From Lingula anatina (taxonomy: Eukaryota; Animalia; Brachiopoda): a stretch of DNA of 64,000 nucleotides. Of the stretch, positions 13,464 through 25,800 are shown piece by piece. Location of the stretch: NCBI GenBank assembly GCA_051362555.1, contig CM120640.1, positions 29,407,967 to 29,471,966 on the forward strand, read 5' to 3'. A program made the position numbers and the translations under genes. Within the stretch, counting starts at the first letter, position 1. Each line of letters opens with the position of its first letter. Under the pieces are notes generated by a model that was not told the DNA's origin, did not search any database, and saw only the letters and a program-made list of their open reading frames with translations.

Positions 13464-16400
13464 ACACACTAATAATAATAATAAACTAACAAAGGCACAT
13501 TAAATACCCCTACTCTGAGTTTCAAGGACATACCCTATGGGTATATGAGGATCTTGAGGAGGCATGTTTGTTTGAATGGATATTCAACCAATTATGGTGA
13601 CCTGAAGTGATTGCGTCTTGTGCCACCTACCTCATCTTATGAGGGCACATTGTGAGCTCAGTTCTTTTATTCAATTTTGTTTTCTGCTTTGTTTGTTTCC
13701 AAACAAAGGCAGCGTAGGCACTGATTTCTCTTTTGCATCATGTATTTTTTCACAATGTCATACCTAATTTCATAATTGATAATTTTACATTTCCATGTAT
13801 AATTTTCTGCTTAGTTTCAGTTGTTTCTGAACCATATCTATTTAATTTAAAATATTTTGTGGTTATTGAATCTTAGTTTGAATAGCCCTCCACAGTCTTT
13901 GTTAGTTTTAATTCAAAAATTAAAGGAAACTTACTTGTAAATTGAAGTATGATTGTAAGTATATGAGACAATTATAGGTGAGGAGATGAAATTAGAATAC
14001 ACAGTGCACATCAGGTTTTCAAGCATTTTTGGATGATATTTTTTATTAAACTTCACTTTTTGATAATAATCTGCATTGCTATTATCATAAGTTATGTAAT
14101 TAAGGAGGGTGGGAGAGACTATTACTGCCTCATAGAATTACAATCAAACTTTAACTTACAGTTACAGGCAAGTTATGTTTAATTTTTTAATTCTATATAA
14201 AGCAATTATGTTGGTTCATCATGAAATGAGACTTTAAAGCACAAGTCATGCAAAATAAAACATGAAATCTTGTTTAAATTCAAATCTTGTGTGTGTGTGT
14301 GTGTGTGTGTGTAAACTAAAAAGCAAAATCTTCACAAAACAGTGCAGCACACATTCTAAAATGGTCACACTACAGTGGAATCCTTTAAAAAATATATTAC
14401 TTTGTGCTCTCCTAGCATTTCTGGATGGTGTTGTTGGTAAGTCACTTGAGGGTTTTTCGGTGGGTTGTGTATTAATCACATGTTGTTGTGTCTGTTGCTC
14501 TGAACTTTTCTCTCCACTTGCCAGGGTCTCATGGGCCTTTGTTGCTAGATACAAAAACAAGATCAGAAAAAAAATTCTACGTATACCAAGTGCTGATAAT
14601 CCTGGAAGTAATGCTGACATAAAGCAATAACATACTACTAAAGCGATAAAATTGAAAGTAGAGAGCCGAAATACTTGCCAGTTTTGTTTTTGTTTTTTTT
14701 TTTCTGTCGCATACATGCTATCTGTGCCATATAAATTTGCTTATCAGAGGATCAGGAAAAGCAAATGGATATTGTGCAGGCAACCCTATCATTTCTATGC
14801 AAAAAAATAACTGTGACTTACACTGTTGTGATTGCTCTTCAGTTCCTTGCTGGTTTTCATGAAAAGAGGCTCTTGGCTTATGGGAAAAATTAGGTCCATA
14901 TTCTTTTTCTAAGAAGTCATTTTTATCTGAAAGTACAAACAACATTTGAATAATCAAATATACAGCTGCAGGAATAGAAGGCTGCAGTTTGCTGGGCACT
15001 GCACCTGCAGCTAAGACCAGCCAGTCTCCAAATTCATATTATAGACACCACCTGGGGAAAAGGCTAACAGAGGCAGACCAAATGTGACTCCCTTTGGCAT
15101 CATCATGAATAATACTGGTTTATTTACCATGTCACATTTGCTTTAACATAACTCACCAATGCTAAAGAGCTTGAAGAGGGAATCAAAAACAGGATCATGT
15201 TTGGTCATCTCAATAACATCTGTTATGGCTTCACTAGGCAAATCTGCTTCCTGTAATGGCAAGTACTGGGGTTCAGTTGACATCATTGTAGTTTGATATG
15301 ACTTACAGTCAAATAAGTTCTCAAGCAATAATCAGCATAGCTGAATCACTTTCAATGACATAACAAACACAGTACTACACTGAATTTTCCCATTAGAATT
15401 AATTTAACACTCTAGATCTGTGACTGTTACTTAATCATGAAAAGGCAAGACAAAATTGATAAGTTGGTAATTTAGGAGCTAAATCTACCCTTACTGTAAA
15501 GATATGACTTGTTTTTTATCTTTTGAGAGTTCTAACAAAGCGCCCCTTTTGTCTTGAAAAGATATGCTCTAAGTCAAATTTTGATCAAAGACCCTTGTCA
15601 TTTGTCACGCCAGGCCCATGTGGGGGGTGGGGATTTGCTGTTAACTGAGGAAGACTGTGTGTAAAATGCTTGTTTATTTCAAGCAATACCCAGATACATT
15701 GTGGCCCTTTCCCTGCAGCAGTATTCACGCAAAAAATGCAACACACAGATATAATAGTTTGCAGTGTTATTAATGTCAAGATGATGGTAACCTGACAGTA
15801 AAATTAATATATTAAAGTATCTGAGTTTTATCTGAGGATCTGAGTTTTGTCACATTTGGGACAATCTATTTGATGCTTTACATAATTTAATCCTCAACTT
15901 TAATATACACTGCAAAATGCCTTTTTTTTTTTTTACTAATAATAGAACAAATATAAATGTCTTTTCAAACATCATCAGGTGGTGATAAATGTTGCAAAAA
16001 TGAAGGGACAAGGATGATTTAATCAATTATGTAATTGAAAAGAATATTGGTTTTGCAAAAAAGAAAATGTAGAATTACAGACAAATGAGAATAATATACG
16101 ATTAGGAATTGATCATCATCACGTAAACATATCCTAACATTTATGTATTACATATGCTAAAATATATACCTTAAATTGAGAACATTATGAACCCCCCCTC
16201 CCCCCCCTTTCACTCTAAGACCCATACTCAGTTTGATTTTGGAGTGGGTAAATTATATTTTCGGGTTTATTTGCCCCAAAGGACAAGTGCCTGAAAAGGA
16301 AGTACGTCAAGGCCAGTTGACTGCAACCACTTGTGCCAATTTGTGTTTTAATGAATTTTTGTCACACCCAATATATGGCAGACATTATCAGAGGTACTAA

Positions 16401-19400
16401 ATCATGTACAAAATTACCCATACTTTGGTAAATGCATCAGCACACCATCCAGACAAGAGCAGTGCTATACTTACTGGCATGATTAAAAAGTCATCCAAAA
16501 CATCAAGTGCTGGGGTCTGAGGTGTTGGTGGAGCATCTTGACCTTTGTACTTCACTTTGTTGATGTTTTCTGCCAGCTTTTGGTGAATCTCTGTATTGGA
16601 GAGTAGTTGTTCTAGAACATGCTAGAAGAAGAAAATATGCCCATGGTCTATTGAACTCTTGGTCCAAGTATAAGGTAACAGTTATCAAAATATTACTCTG
16701 CACCATTGGTCAACAAAGTTGTCCCACCTCTAATTCCATCCACTTTTATTTACAAATGATCACCTCAGTGGTGTAAATATCTAGTGAAAAACCAATCTGT
16801 GGCCTTGGTAAAGGGTAGATAATAATTAAGAAGACGAAAATGATCATGCAGAAAGATATCCCTTATTGTTTACACTTTAACAGTTTCAATTTCAACATCT
16901 AATACTGCTACTCATGTGAAAATGCACTGACAGACCCTAAACCCTTGTACATAAAGATAAAAATGTAAATTTTCACAATTCTAATATACAAGCATATAAG
17001 TTAAGGGGAATACACAAGTCCTAGCAGTAACTAGCAGTCCTAAACATGTTGGTTTTAAAACTACTCTTCTTCAAATTTCTGGTTGTAAATTTGACCTACA
17101 TATTTCCCTTTAAGTCTGTGAAGCACAGAAAGTAAACAGAAACATGTCAAAACAATTTTCAAGAAATAGTGTAACAAAACTCTTTAATGTAGTTGTGTTT
17201 CTTAGTTTTACCATTGGACGCTATATGGTGGCATTTGTTCTGGTTTAGCAGCAACAACTTGACATAAATACTTGCTTAATATATGCCTCTTAAATCAGTG
17301 TTCACCTAAACCTATATACTCATGAACATACTGGAATATCAAGAGCATCCTCTGCATTACAAAATTCCAAGCTGTTGTCTGAAGCCACTTGTCCATGGGT
17401 TTCTTTCTCCTTTAGGTTAGGAGGGTCACCCTTGGTTGTGGCTGGTACATTAAATGTCCTATCAGCTGTGGAAGACGATGACAGTTTTGCTGGTGACTCC
17501 TCTTGAATACTTCTCCTTTTAGGCTGAAGACTGATAGAAAAAAAATATATATCACTGTAAATCTAAAAATGTCAACTGGTCAAATCACCCAAAAGGCCAA
17601 AACCATTGTGCCTTATCTTGGTACTTCCAACAAAATAATGCTACTGTATTTTCAAATATTTTACTCCCTAAGCTATCACAGTTTTGGTACATATAATTTG
17701 TTGAGGATAACAGGAATAGGTCACTTTCATTTGTATTTTTTTAAAATAAAGTCTCTTATAATCAAATTTCTTTATATCTTACCATTTCCTTTTTGGTGAT
17801 TTCCCAATACATTTTTCTTCTACAGCTATTTCTAACTTCTTTGGTGTTTGCAATACATCAAAATCATCATTTATAGCTGAAAACAATAATATAAAGTTTT
17901 AAGTTGATAACATCAATTTAATTAAAGAGATAACATATGTAGCCTAAATATTACATAATGACATGCTACTTCCTTGTGAACATAATCAGTCAGATTTTTT
18001 CAATACCTTTGCACAGTAAAAGGTGCGCGTGAATGTGTTCGTGCATGCGATAGATAGGTAAATAGAATGATTAATATACCAACCAGATTGTTGGTTATCT
18101 CTAATTCCCACCAGTGGATTCTGGCTATCAGATGAATCTATGACAGATTTTACTGATTTCGACTCTTCTCTCTTTTGTGCCTGAGGCTCAGTTTTAACAT
18201 GTAGAGTCTCATTATTGCTACAACTATCACTTGTTCTTATTTTAGTGGAACTAATGCAATGTTCAGATTGTGCCTTTTCTTCAGTTTCAAAACAATTATC
18301 AGATGCAGTCATATCATGTAACTGACTGTAGCTCTGGTTCAAACTGTTTGGTGAACTGGAAGAAAACTGAACACCAAGGTGTCTTTGTTTCACATTCTTT
18401 GACAGCTGTTTGTTGATGCCTTCTTGTGTAATCACTTGTATGCCTGCATCTCTCAGGGTTGATAAATTAACTGGAAGTATATGCACTGGTTGCTTGTCTT
18501 CCAAAACCTGAGAAGCTGCCATTTTGGTGCTATCACAAAGATTATCCTGTTCATGTAAATTAGCATTTGGCTCTGTTTCATTTGTGTCATTTCTTATTGC
18601 ACTATCAGAAATGCTTCTCTTGCAGTCACCATCATTATTCTTAGTCTTAGAGTCATGGGTGTTGCCACTGAGTGCAAAGGAGTTTTTCAAGGACTGTATC
18701 ATACTTCCACGCCTTGATCTATGCGATTGTCCCATTACAGGGAGGCGCATCTGTGGGATATAGCACATCTTTAGTTCATGGCACATAGCCTCAAATGACT
18801 GCCAAACACTTGCAACTGGTTCAGGTATTCTGCAACCTAAAAAAATAAAATAATAACAATTCCTTCATTTTAATTTCAAAATGAAGTGAGGGTAGACTCC
18901 TTGTAACACATATAAACCACTTCTACTTAGTAACTAGTTTCTTATACAACTTAAAGATACATATGGAGTCAATTTTTTTTTTTTTTTTTTTTTGCCACAA
19001 AAGCTGATCAAATGCCAGCAAACAGTTTCAAATAGTAGACTCACCCTTTAAAAAATCGACAGAAAATGGCTCTCTATCAAATTTCACTGGGCATTGTAGA
19101 AAAAGTATGATATCATACCTACTAGTAAAGCTCTCAAATTTTACACATATATATAAATTACCAAAAGACACCAATGCCACAGAAACGTAGTGTAAAACCT
19201 ACAATAAATGAAGAAATATTCAAAAAATGCTTTTCAAACAATTTTTCTTTGTCCATCACATTTACATTAAAAGGATATAACTTCAAAATGATCTTTTTTA
19301 CATTTGCCAGAAAATCAGCTGCATTGTCGGACAACTGTTGGTCAAGATATGGTTGCCTGAGCGGAAAATGTGGTTGCAATACTCAACCCTAATGTCAAGC

Positions 19401-22400
19401 CCTGTCTGTCCTGTCTGTCCATTAGACAGCTCACCTTACAACTTCACCTGTCCAAACTGGACTTCTACCTGTAGAGTATAGGTGCTTAAGTTGAATTCTG
19501 ATACTATAAACTTACCATATACACCACATGACCTAAAAATCACATATTTTTGATTCAAACTGCCTTTTTGCTGTTGACTTTAGCTTCTTTACCTTTTGAC
19601 TTGATCTTTGCATAGTCATCCAATATCTGGCTTAGAGTTTGTCCACCAATGTGGAGAGGGTATTCATGACCCCTACGGTATAATGAGGCATACTCTGCTA
19701 AGTAAGGGCACTCGGAGAGAAAAGTCTTAAAGGTGTTGAGGCTGCCCACTTCCTTCAGGTATCCTTCAAAAATAACATTAGAGCAAGTCATATTTATACA
19801 ATTATTCTGAAATCTCTAAGATGGGAAACTTGTCCTGATTTTAATTATATTTTTTAATTAAATAAAATGATACTTTCTAACTAAAAGTAAAAACATTTTT
19901 TCTAGCTGTTTATCAAACAAAAAATATAAAAAGGCAGCAAAGCTGTTTAATGTAGAGAGAAAAAGCATGAAAATTAAGATGTACAAAATAGGTTTCTTTG
20001 TCAATTTTGATGCAATATTATATTATAATTCACAAAATCAACACCAAATTTTAACTAGAGGATCAGAGAAGCGATACCACCTCCTAATATTGTACCACTA
20101 GCTGGAGTAAGCACATCCGAAATTCTAAACAAGATGGCGCTGGCTTGGGCTCTATTTTAATCTTTTACCTGGTGTTTACAGCAGTTCTGTCAGTGACAAT
20201 CTTATCCTACTCAAAGGAGAAGCTTTTAGAACTACGACATGGAGCATCAGACTTTTTAATCTCGACACATATGCAGAATTTGGACTCTACCCAATTCATT
20301 TTACCTTCACGTAGACATCACGAAGCTGTAAAAGGGGCAGAAGAGGGGGAAAGCTAGTAAGACAATGAAGAAAGAGACAAAAATTACCAGTACCAAGCAT
20401 AATCCTGACAAAAGTTAAAAGCCTTTACAACCAAATAGCCAACTATAAGATTTGGTGCAGCAACAATATCTGAAAACTTGTCAAGAAAAAAAATGAAGCC
20501 TATCGCAACAAAGAAAAATACCCTGAACACTAGCAGAAGACAAAAGCAGTTCTGCGATGGGCAATCAAGAACACCAAGAGAGACTCCAAAAATAAAATCG
20601 AGGAAAAGTTCAAGACCAATAACACAAAACAGCTGTGGTCAAATATGGCACTTCTCACTCAGGACAAGGGTCCAAAACACATACTGAACAATGATGACAA
20701 AACACTTCCCGAATAACTGAACCAATTTTATGCAAGATTTGGCAGTAGCAACAACACTGACATAAAGTCGTTTCCACTTGATACTCATGCAGACGACCTG
20801 CCACCCTTTTCCGTTCAGAAATGGCAAGTCCATTGTCTTTTTCAAGGCTTTATCACACACAACGCATCTGGACCAGCAGTAGCTCACCATGGCTTCTGAA
20901 GACACATGCAGCACAACTGGTGCATGTATTCACAGATATCTACAACCTATTGTTACGCTCTCAGGGAGTTCTGCCGAAGTCCAAACCAATTTCGTATTTG
21001 AACTATCTCTGGCCAGTCGCGTTGACTCTAGTCCCGATGAAAATTTTGGAAAAATCTGGTTTTATCATATATTAAAACCATCGTACCAGAGATGCTTGAT
21101 CCTTTTCAATTTGCATATAGACACAATAGAAACATACCCTAGGTTCTAGATTCCGGTATTGTCAGCTCGATCTTGATTTCATATATAACCCATATCAACA
21201 ATACCGTAAAAGCGACTCCACCACGAGGTATATTTAGCAAGCTAGCTTTTACGTTTCTCTGACACTCAGGGTTTAGAAACAGTGACAGTGCCCTTGGTAT
21301 TTGCATACACAGCATTTTTGAACATGTGGACAAGAAAAGTACTAGTACACATAGGATCTTATTTATAGACTACAGCTTGGCTTTTAACACTATTATTCCA
21401 CAAAAAATTTATTTTAAACTTTTAAATGACCTGAAATTTCCTATATTTTTATTCAATTGGACCTTAGATTTTTTATTAGACAGAAGTCAGGCTGTGAAGG
21501 TGGGTATGAGACAGAAGTCAGGCTGTGAAGGTGGGTATGAGACAGAAGTCAGGCTGTGAAGGTGGGTATGAGACAGAAGTCAGGCTGTGAAGGTGGGTAT
21601 GAGACAGAAGTCAGGCCGTGAAGGTGGGTATGAGACAGAAGTCAGGCTGTGAAGGTGGGTATGAGACAGAAGTCAGGCTGTGAAGGTGGGTATGAGACAG
21701 AAGTCAGGCTGTGAAGGTGGGTATGGGTATTTCTGATACTGTGGTTTTAAATACAGGTGCGCCTCAGGGTCGTGTACTATCACCATGTTTCTACAGCTTG
21801 TTCATGTTTGATTGTGTTTCATCCCATGAAAGAAATTGCATTGTGAAGTTTGCTAATTACACCACTTTAATTGGTTTAATTAGCGATAATGACAAGACCC
21901 AGTATAGGAGAAATCATGTCAACTCAGTTGTACAATGATATAAAGATAACAAAATGGTGAATGAAAATGGTGATTGACTTCAAAAAGAAAGGAAATGTAA
22001 AAGAGCCCATTCACATCAATGGCAATGCAGTTAAGCAGGTTACCGATTTATAAGCCTAAAGGACTCTTTATTTCTCCATTTTTCCAACATGAAGTATCTT
22101 ATGTAAAATACAGGCCCATAGTCAGGTGGGTTCAGGAGGTTCCATAGAACCCCCCTTTTTGCCAGGAAAAGGTCTCCTCTGAATAAAATTTTATCTATGT
22201 ACACAAAGGTTATATGGTAAAAAGGTCCACTTTTTCATACCCCCCCCCCCCACCTCTGAAATTGCTGGCTACGAGCTGAAACATGTACTCATTAAATTAT
22301 CTTCAAACCATTTTATAACTGTGAACAAGATATTTTGATCGTATTTTGATGTCTTATAAACAGGCGTTATTATTACAATTATAAAATGTACCTACCTAAT

Positions 22401-22438
22401 ACTAAACGAGCTTTTTCTGAGGGCAAATAGCCTTCCAT
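8586..22438 (-). CDS. NPAT: NPAT-like histone locus body / histone gene coactivator, 12 coding exons, 1308 aa
   Basis: Exons (minus): 22396-22438, 19593-19763, 18080-18836, 17332-17530, 16475-16621, 15157-15250, 14822-14926, 14401-14544, 12922-13401, 10329-12022, 9275-9304, 8586-8648. All introns are GT-AG, phases are consistent, total 3927 nt. Motifs: N-terminal LisH-like MEGYLPSEKARLVLGYLKEVGSLNTFKTFLSECPYLAEY; LLSNTEIHQKLAENINK; SEAITDVIEMTKHDPVFDSLFKLF; HVRVLSF; C-terminal KKLSKMDVDKFLSKLHG*. Each matches a recalled NPAT conserved block. Confidence 0.88.
9613..10250. mobile_element. Tc1/mariner-type MITE in NPAT intron 10
   Basis: Right end gggtcaccctg-TA. Imperfect ~100-bp inverted repeats (aaatcttacaaaggtccatctaatttcaagaaatctgctggact vs ggtccagcaaattacttgaaatttgatagatctttgtaaaattt). 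Confidence 0.55.
13430..13469. repeat. (CA)n microsatellite next to the NPAT exon 9 acceptor
   Basis: Direct reading. Similar (GT)n tracts at 5438..5463 and 14288..14311. Confidence 0.95.
20053..20121 (-). mobile_element. Isolated 3' terminus of the HINE family seen at 25313..27332
   Basis: Reverse complement of tgtgcttgctccagctggtggtacaatattcggaggcggtatcgcctctctgatcctctagtt, with few mismatches. Confidence 0.85.
20128..22050 (+). mobile_element. Decayed Rex1/Babar-like non-LTR retrotransposon in NPAT intron 1 (antisense to NPAT)
   Basis: Starts caagatggcg. Fragments KRGRRGG..LPVPSIILTKVKSL, LFIDYSLAFNTIIPQK, TGAPQGRVLSPCFYSLF, VKFANYTTLIGLISDND and MVIDFKKKG..IHINGNAVKQV, with many frameshifts. 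Confidence 0.8.
21478..21725 (+). repeat. 31-bp minisatellite, 8 copies
   Basis: AGACAGAAGTCAGGCTGTGAAGGTGGGTATG x8, with one substitution in copy 5. Confidence 0.97.
22111..22278. mobile_element. Short degenerate CAG-terminated MITE
   Basis: Imperfect termini caggcccatagtcag / ctggctacgagctg. A related partial reverse copy lies at ~52040..52088. Confidence 0.5.
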
Positions 22439-22841
22439 TGCATTTTTCTTATGCTTAATTCTTATCGTTTAAGCAAGAGACATTCGGTGCACTTCAAAAC
22501 TACCATCACACCGGAAAGTAGTCCGATTTTCACTGTCCGATACTTGTAGTTCCCGGTAATATTGCGACATATTTAACATTTATATTTATCCATTTTTGAT
22601 ATGGATATATATTCATATAAATATGCATACATTTACTTTCTTCGTTGAAATATGATATATTTCGATACTTGGTCCTAAATACTTAAAATTTCGGTTTTAA
22701 TATATCATCAGTGGAAAGCGCGGGTTATGTCGCAAATCCGCAAATAGGTCAACTTAAAAACGGCACTGCCTGGCATCCGTTAGACCCAACGAATGGATTA
22801 TGTAGCAGTCTATCAGTATCTTTGCTCTTCGATGATATCTG
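22439..22841. promoter_or_regulatory. Putative bidirectional promoter shared by NPAT and PEX7
   Basis: 403 bp between divergent ATGs and locally CpG-richer. ACTAC-type (ZNF143/THAP11-like) motifs cluster at ~22499-22555 (aactaccatcaca; ccggaaagtagtc; acttgtagttccc). Confidence 0.7.
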
Positions 22842-25800
22842 ATGGAATTCAGAACCACTGCTAGGCATGGTTATGGTGTGAAATTTTCTCCCTACTTTCC
22901 GCATAGACTGGCTATTTCTACGTCTCAACATTTTGGCATAGCTGGTAGGTCCACCCACGTAAGCTAAAATAATAATAATAATAATAATACATTTATTTTA
23001 AGTCTAAACTCCATATGAATATGTTCGTTAGACTTTACAAATATGTACATACACATAACAAATATACAACTGGTCAAAACACGCTGTGTACATAATCTCG
23101 CCTCCCTGGGGAGGATACAGCCCCGCTGCCGTGTGAGGCGCTGAGTGCTATCAAACTTACCATATCGTTCTCTGCCTGACCAGGACCCTGCTTCAACCCC
23201 AAAGTGCTGAGTGCCAAGCGGGGAGACAGCAGGTACCGTTTATAAAGGACTGGTATGTCCCCGGACGGGTTTTGAACCCCCGTCCTCCCGCTCCGGAGGC
23301 GGACATTCTAACCACAAGGCCATCCGGTCGGTTTAACATTACTGAAAACATAAATTGTATGAACCTACCAGCACCATGCAACATCCCATAAACATATTGT
23401 GGCAGTACCACAGCTCTGTCAATTCTGATTTAAATTTTTTTAACCTTAATAATTTTTTTCTTTCACAATAATTTTAACACTTACTGTTTATAAAACAAAA
23501 AAAAAATTGTAAGCATAGATTATGGTATTGCCATGGGCATGTAGAAGTTTTGTGAATATTTTGGTCTTCAATTTCGTAACCTTTAAATTTTTTTCCTTCA
23601 TGGTAATTTTGGCATGCATTGTTTTAAATATTATAAAATATAAAAAATAAAATGATAAACATAGATTGTGGCAGCATGTAGCAATTTTGTGAAATCTGGT
23701 TTTAAATTTCTTTATCTTCAAAGTCTTTTTTTCAGGATAATTTCAACACATACTACTACTGTTCATATCATTGTTGTTCATATTTGTCAGTGAAGAAGTA
23801 TATGCACAAAAGGTGCTGAACATCAATAATAATTATAATTTATTCAGTCTATATGTACAAAATATATCTCGGAAATGTGAATACTGACAGAGCTCTTAAA
23901 AGTGATACACGAGTAAAAATAAATAAAATATTAATGATAATAATAAAATCCTGAAGTTTGAGATATGAAAAATAAAACCTGCATGGATGTAGAATTTTAA
24001 AACATTTACTTTATAGGATTTAAATAATTTTAACTCTACTTCATTCAAGTATTCTGGTAGGATAGTAGTATTTGTGCATAAAACCATTCCTTCATTACAA
24101 TAGAAGAACAAAACAAATACATACTTTTACACATAAGCAGTGATTAATGGATGCATTAGTTTGATTAAGTTGTCAATTCTATGAAACCATATCTTTTCTA
24201 GTATGAATACTTTTGTCTTCACCATGCTTTGGTGACAAAGTGTGCAAGTTAAAGAGCTTATTGCTGTAGTTCCTGGGGTATAAGGATACATGACTGTGTC
24301 TCTCAGGATTAGGTCTCCAGATTCAATCACACAGAGTTCCTTTTGTACAATGCTTATCTGATCAAATGATGGATGATCTACATCTGGGCATTGTCGTGGC
24401 ACTTTCAGTTTGCCAAACTGCAAAAAACGTGGATGATAGCTCACTACCTGTTTGGCTATACCTTTGCTAAACAAGTTTTAATGCTCTACTGGCATATTAC
24501 ATGGTATGAAGTGTGCCATCCTCTTCTACCTGCATAAGTATATAGTGCAGAGACCCACAGGGCTGGCGTTCACATGTACCAGTAGCTCAGCTGGATATGA
24601 TGGGTTGAAGTAATGTAGTACTTTTGCTTGGGTGAGTACACCTTTCAGTGCATCAAATGCTAATTGATGTCTTGGTGACCATTGCCAAGGAACATCTTTC
24701 TTGGTTAACTCCCAGAGATCGTGCATGATACTTGCATAAATGCAGCTAAAATGTGTGAGCCATAGTTATTAGCAATATTCTAAGACAGGAAAGTGGCATT
24801 CTCCCTTTTGACTGCGAATGGCAAAACATTCTTCTGTTGTTCTGTGTAAGCTGTCTTGATAATCTTAGCATTTCTTGTCCTCATTGTTCATGAGTAGCGT
24901 GTCAATTTTTCTGTGTGATTAACAGATTTCTTGTGGATGTCATGGTCTCTGTCAAGCAATTCTGACTTGTTGGATTTGCTTGAAATACTTAATTTTTTAA
25001 GGAAAAAATTTTGTATGTTTTACATTTTTCTTTGATTTCAATGTGAATATTTTATTTTAGAAGAAAACAAATGTCCAATTGCAACAACAACAACTGTCAT
25101 TTCAAAGGATTGATTTTAACTTAGAACATGGGCATGCAGAGTCATTGGACTTCATCGACACAACTTGTGCTACCTGGCTGAAGTGATTGTTAATATTATT
25201 TGAACTTGGATTCACACAGGCGGCATAGTTAATGAAGCATGAACATGGCAACTCTTAATTACCCAATTTTTGTGGTTAACTTTTGGCTCTAGTCATGCTA
25301 CACTAGTTGCAATTAATTGTACCACCAGCGTAGGCGCTGGCGGTACACATGGTTTTAGTCCCGACCCGTATGTTCCGCCGGCTCCTGCGGCTCCGCCGGC
25401 TCCTGCGGCTCCTGCGGCTCCGCCGCCAAGTCACCGTTACCGCTTCTCCTCCTAGACGGTAAGGGTCTCCATACCCATCTCTTGGATTTAGGTCACCTAT
25501 AATCTCAACTCGTTCCACGTAAAATTTGGGCTTTGTCGGTATTGGGGTCTAGGTGTGGCGCTCATTGCAATGCACCCTTGTCCAAAAATGGCAAAATTAA
25601 ATGCTAATTATCTCCCCTACGGAAGGAATTATGGGAAAATTTTCTACAGACAGCTTTCCAAAAGTCATATGTGTAGATTTCAAATATGCCCTTGGATTTG
25701 ACCTTTGACCTTTATTTCAAGGTCAAACGGGCCAAAATTTTCAAAAAAACAAAATTTTTGCCGAAAAAAAAAATTTTTTGCGCTCTTATTCAGACACCAC

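Noticed and set aside
21478-21725. 31-bp repeats as a CRISPR array
   Set aside because: Units are contiguous with no spacers, derive from LINE RT sequence, and sit in a eukaryotic intron.
22749-22958. Minus-strand 69-aa ORF at the promoter
   Set aside because: Antisense to PEX7 exon 1, which has clear homology on the plus strand.
25270-25518. Pro/Ala-rich and Arg/Ser-rich ORFs ([14 protein letters not shown])
   Set aside because: Translations of the GC-rich microsatellite-like block of the HINE; no splice or homology support.
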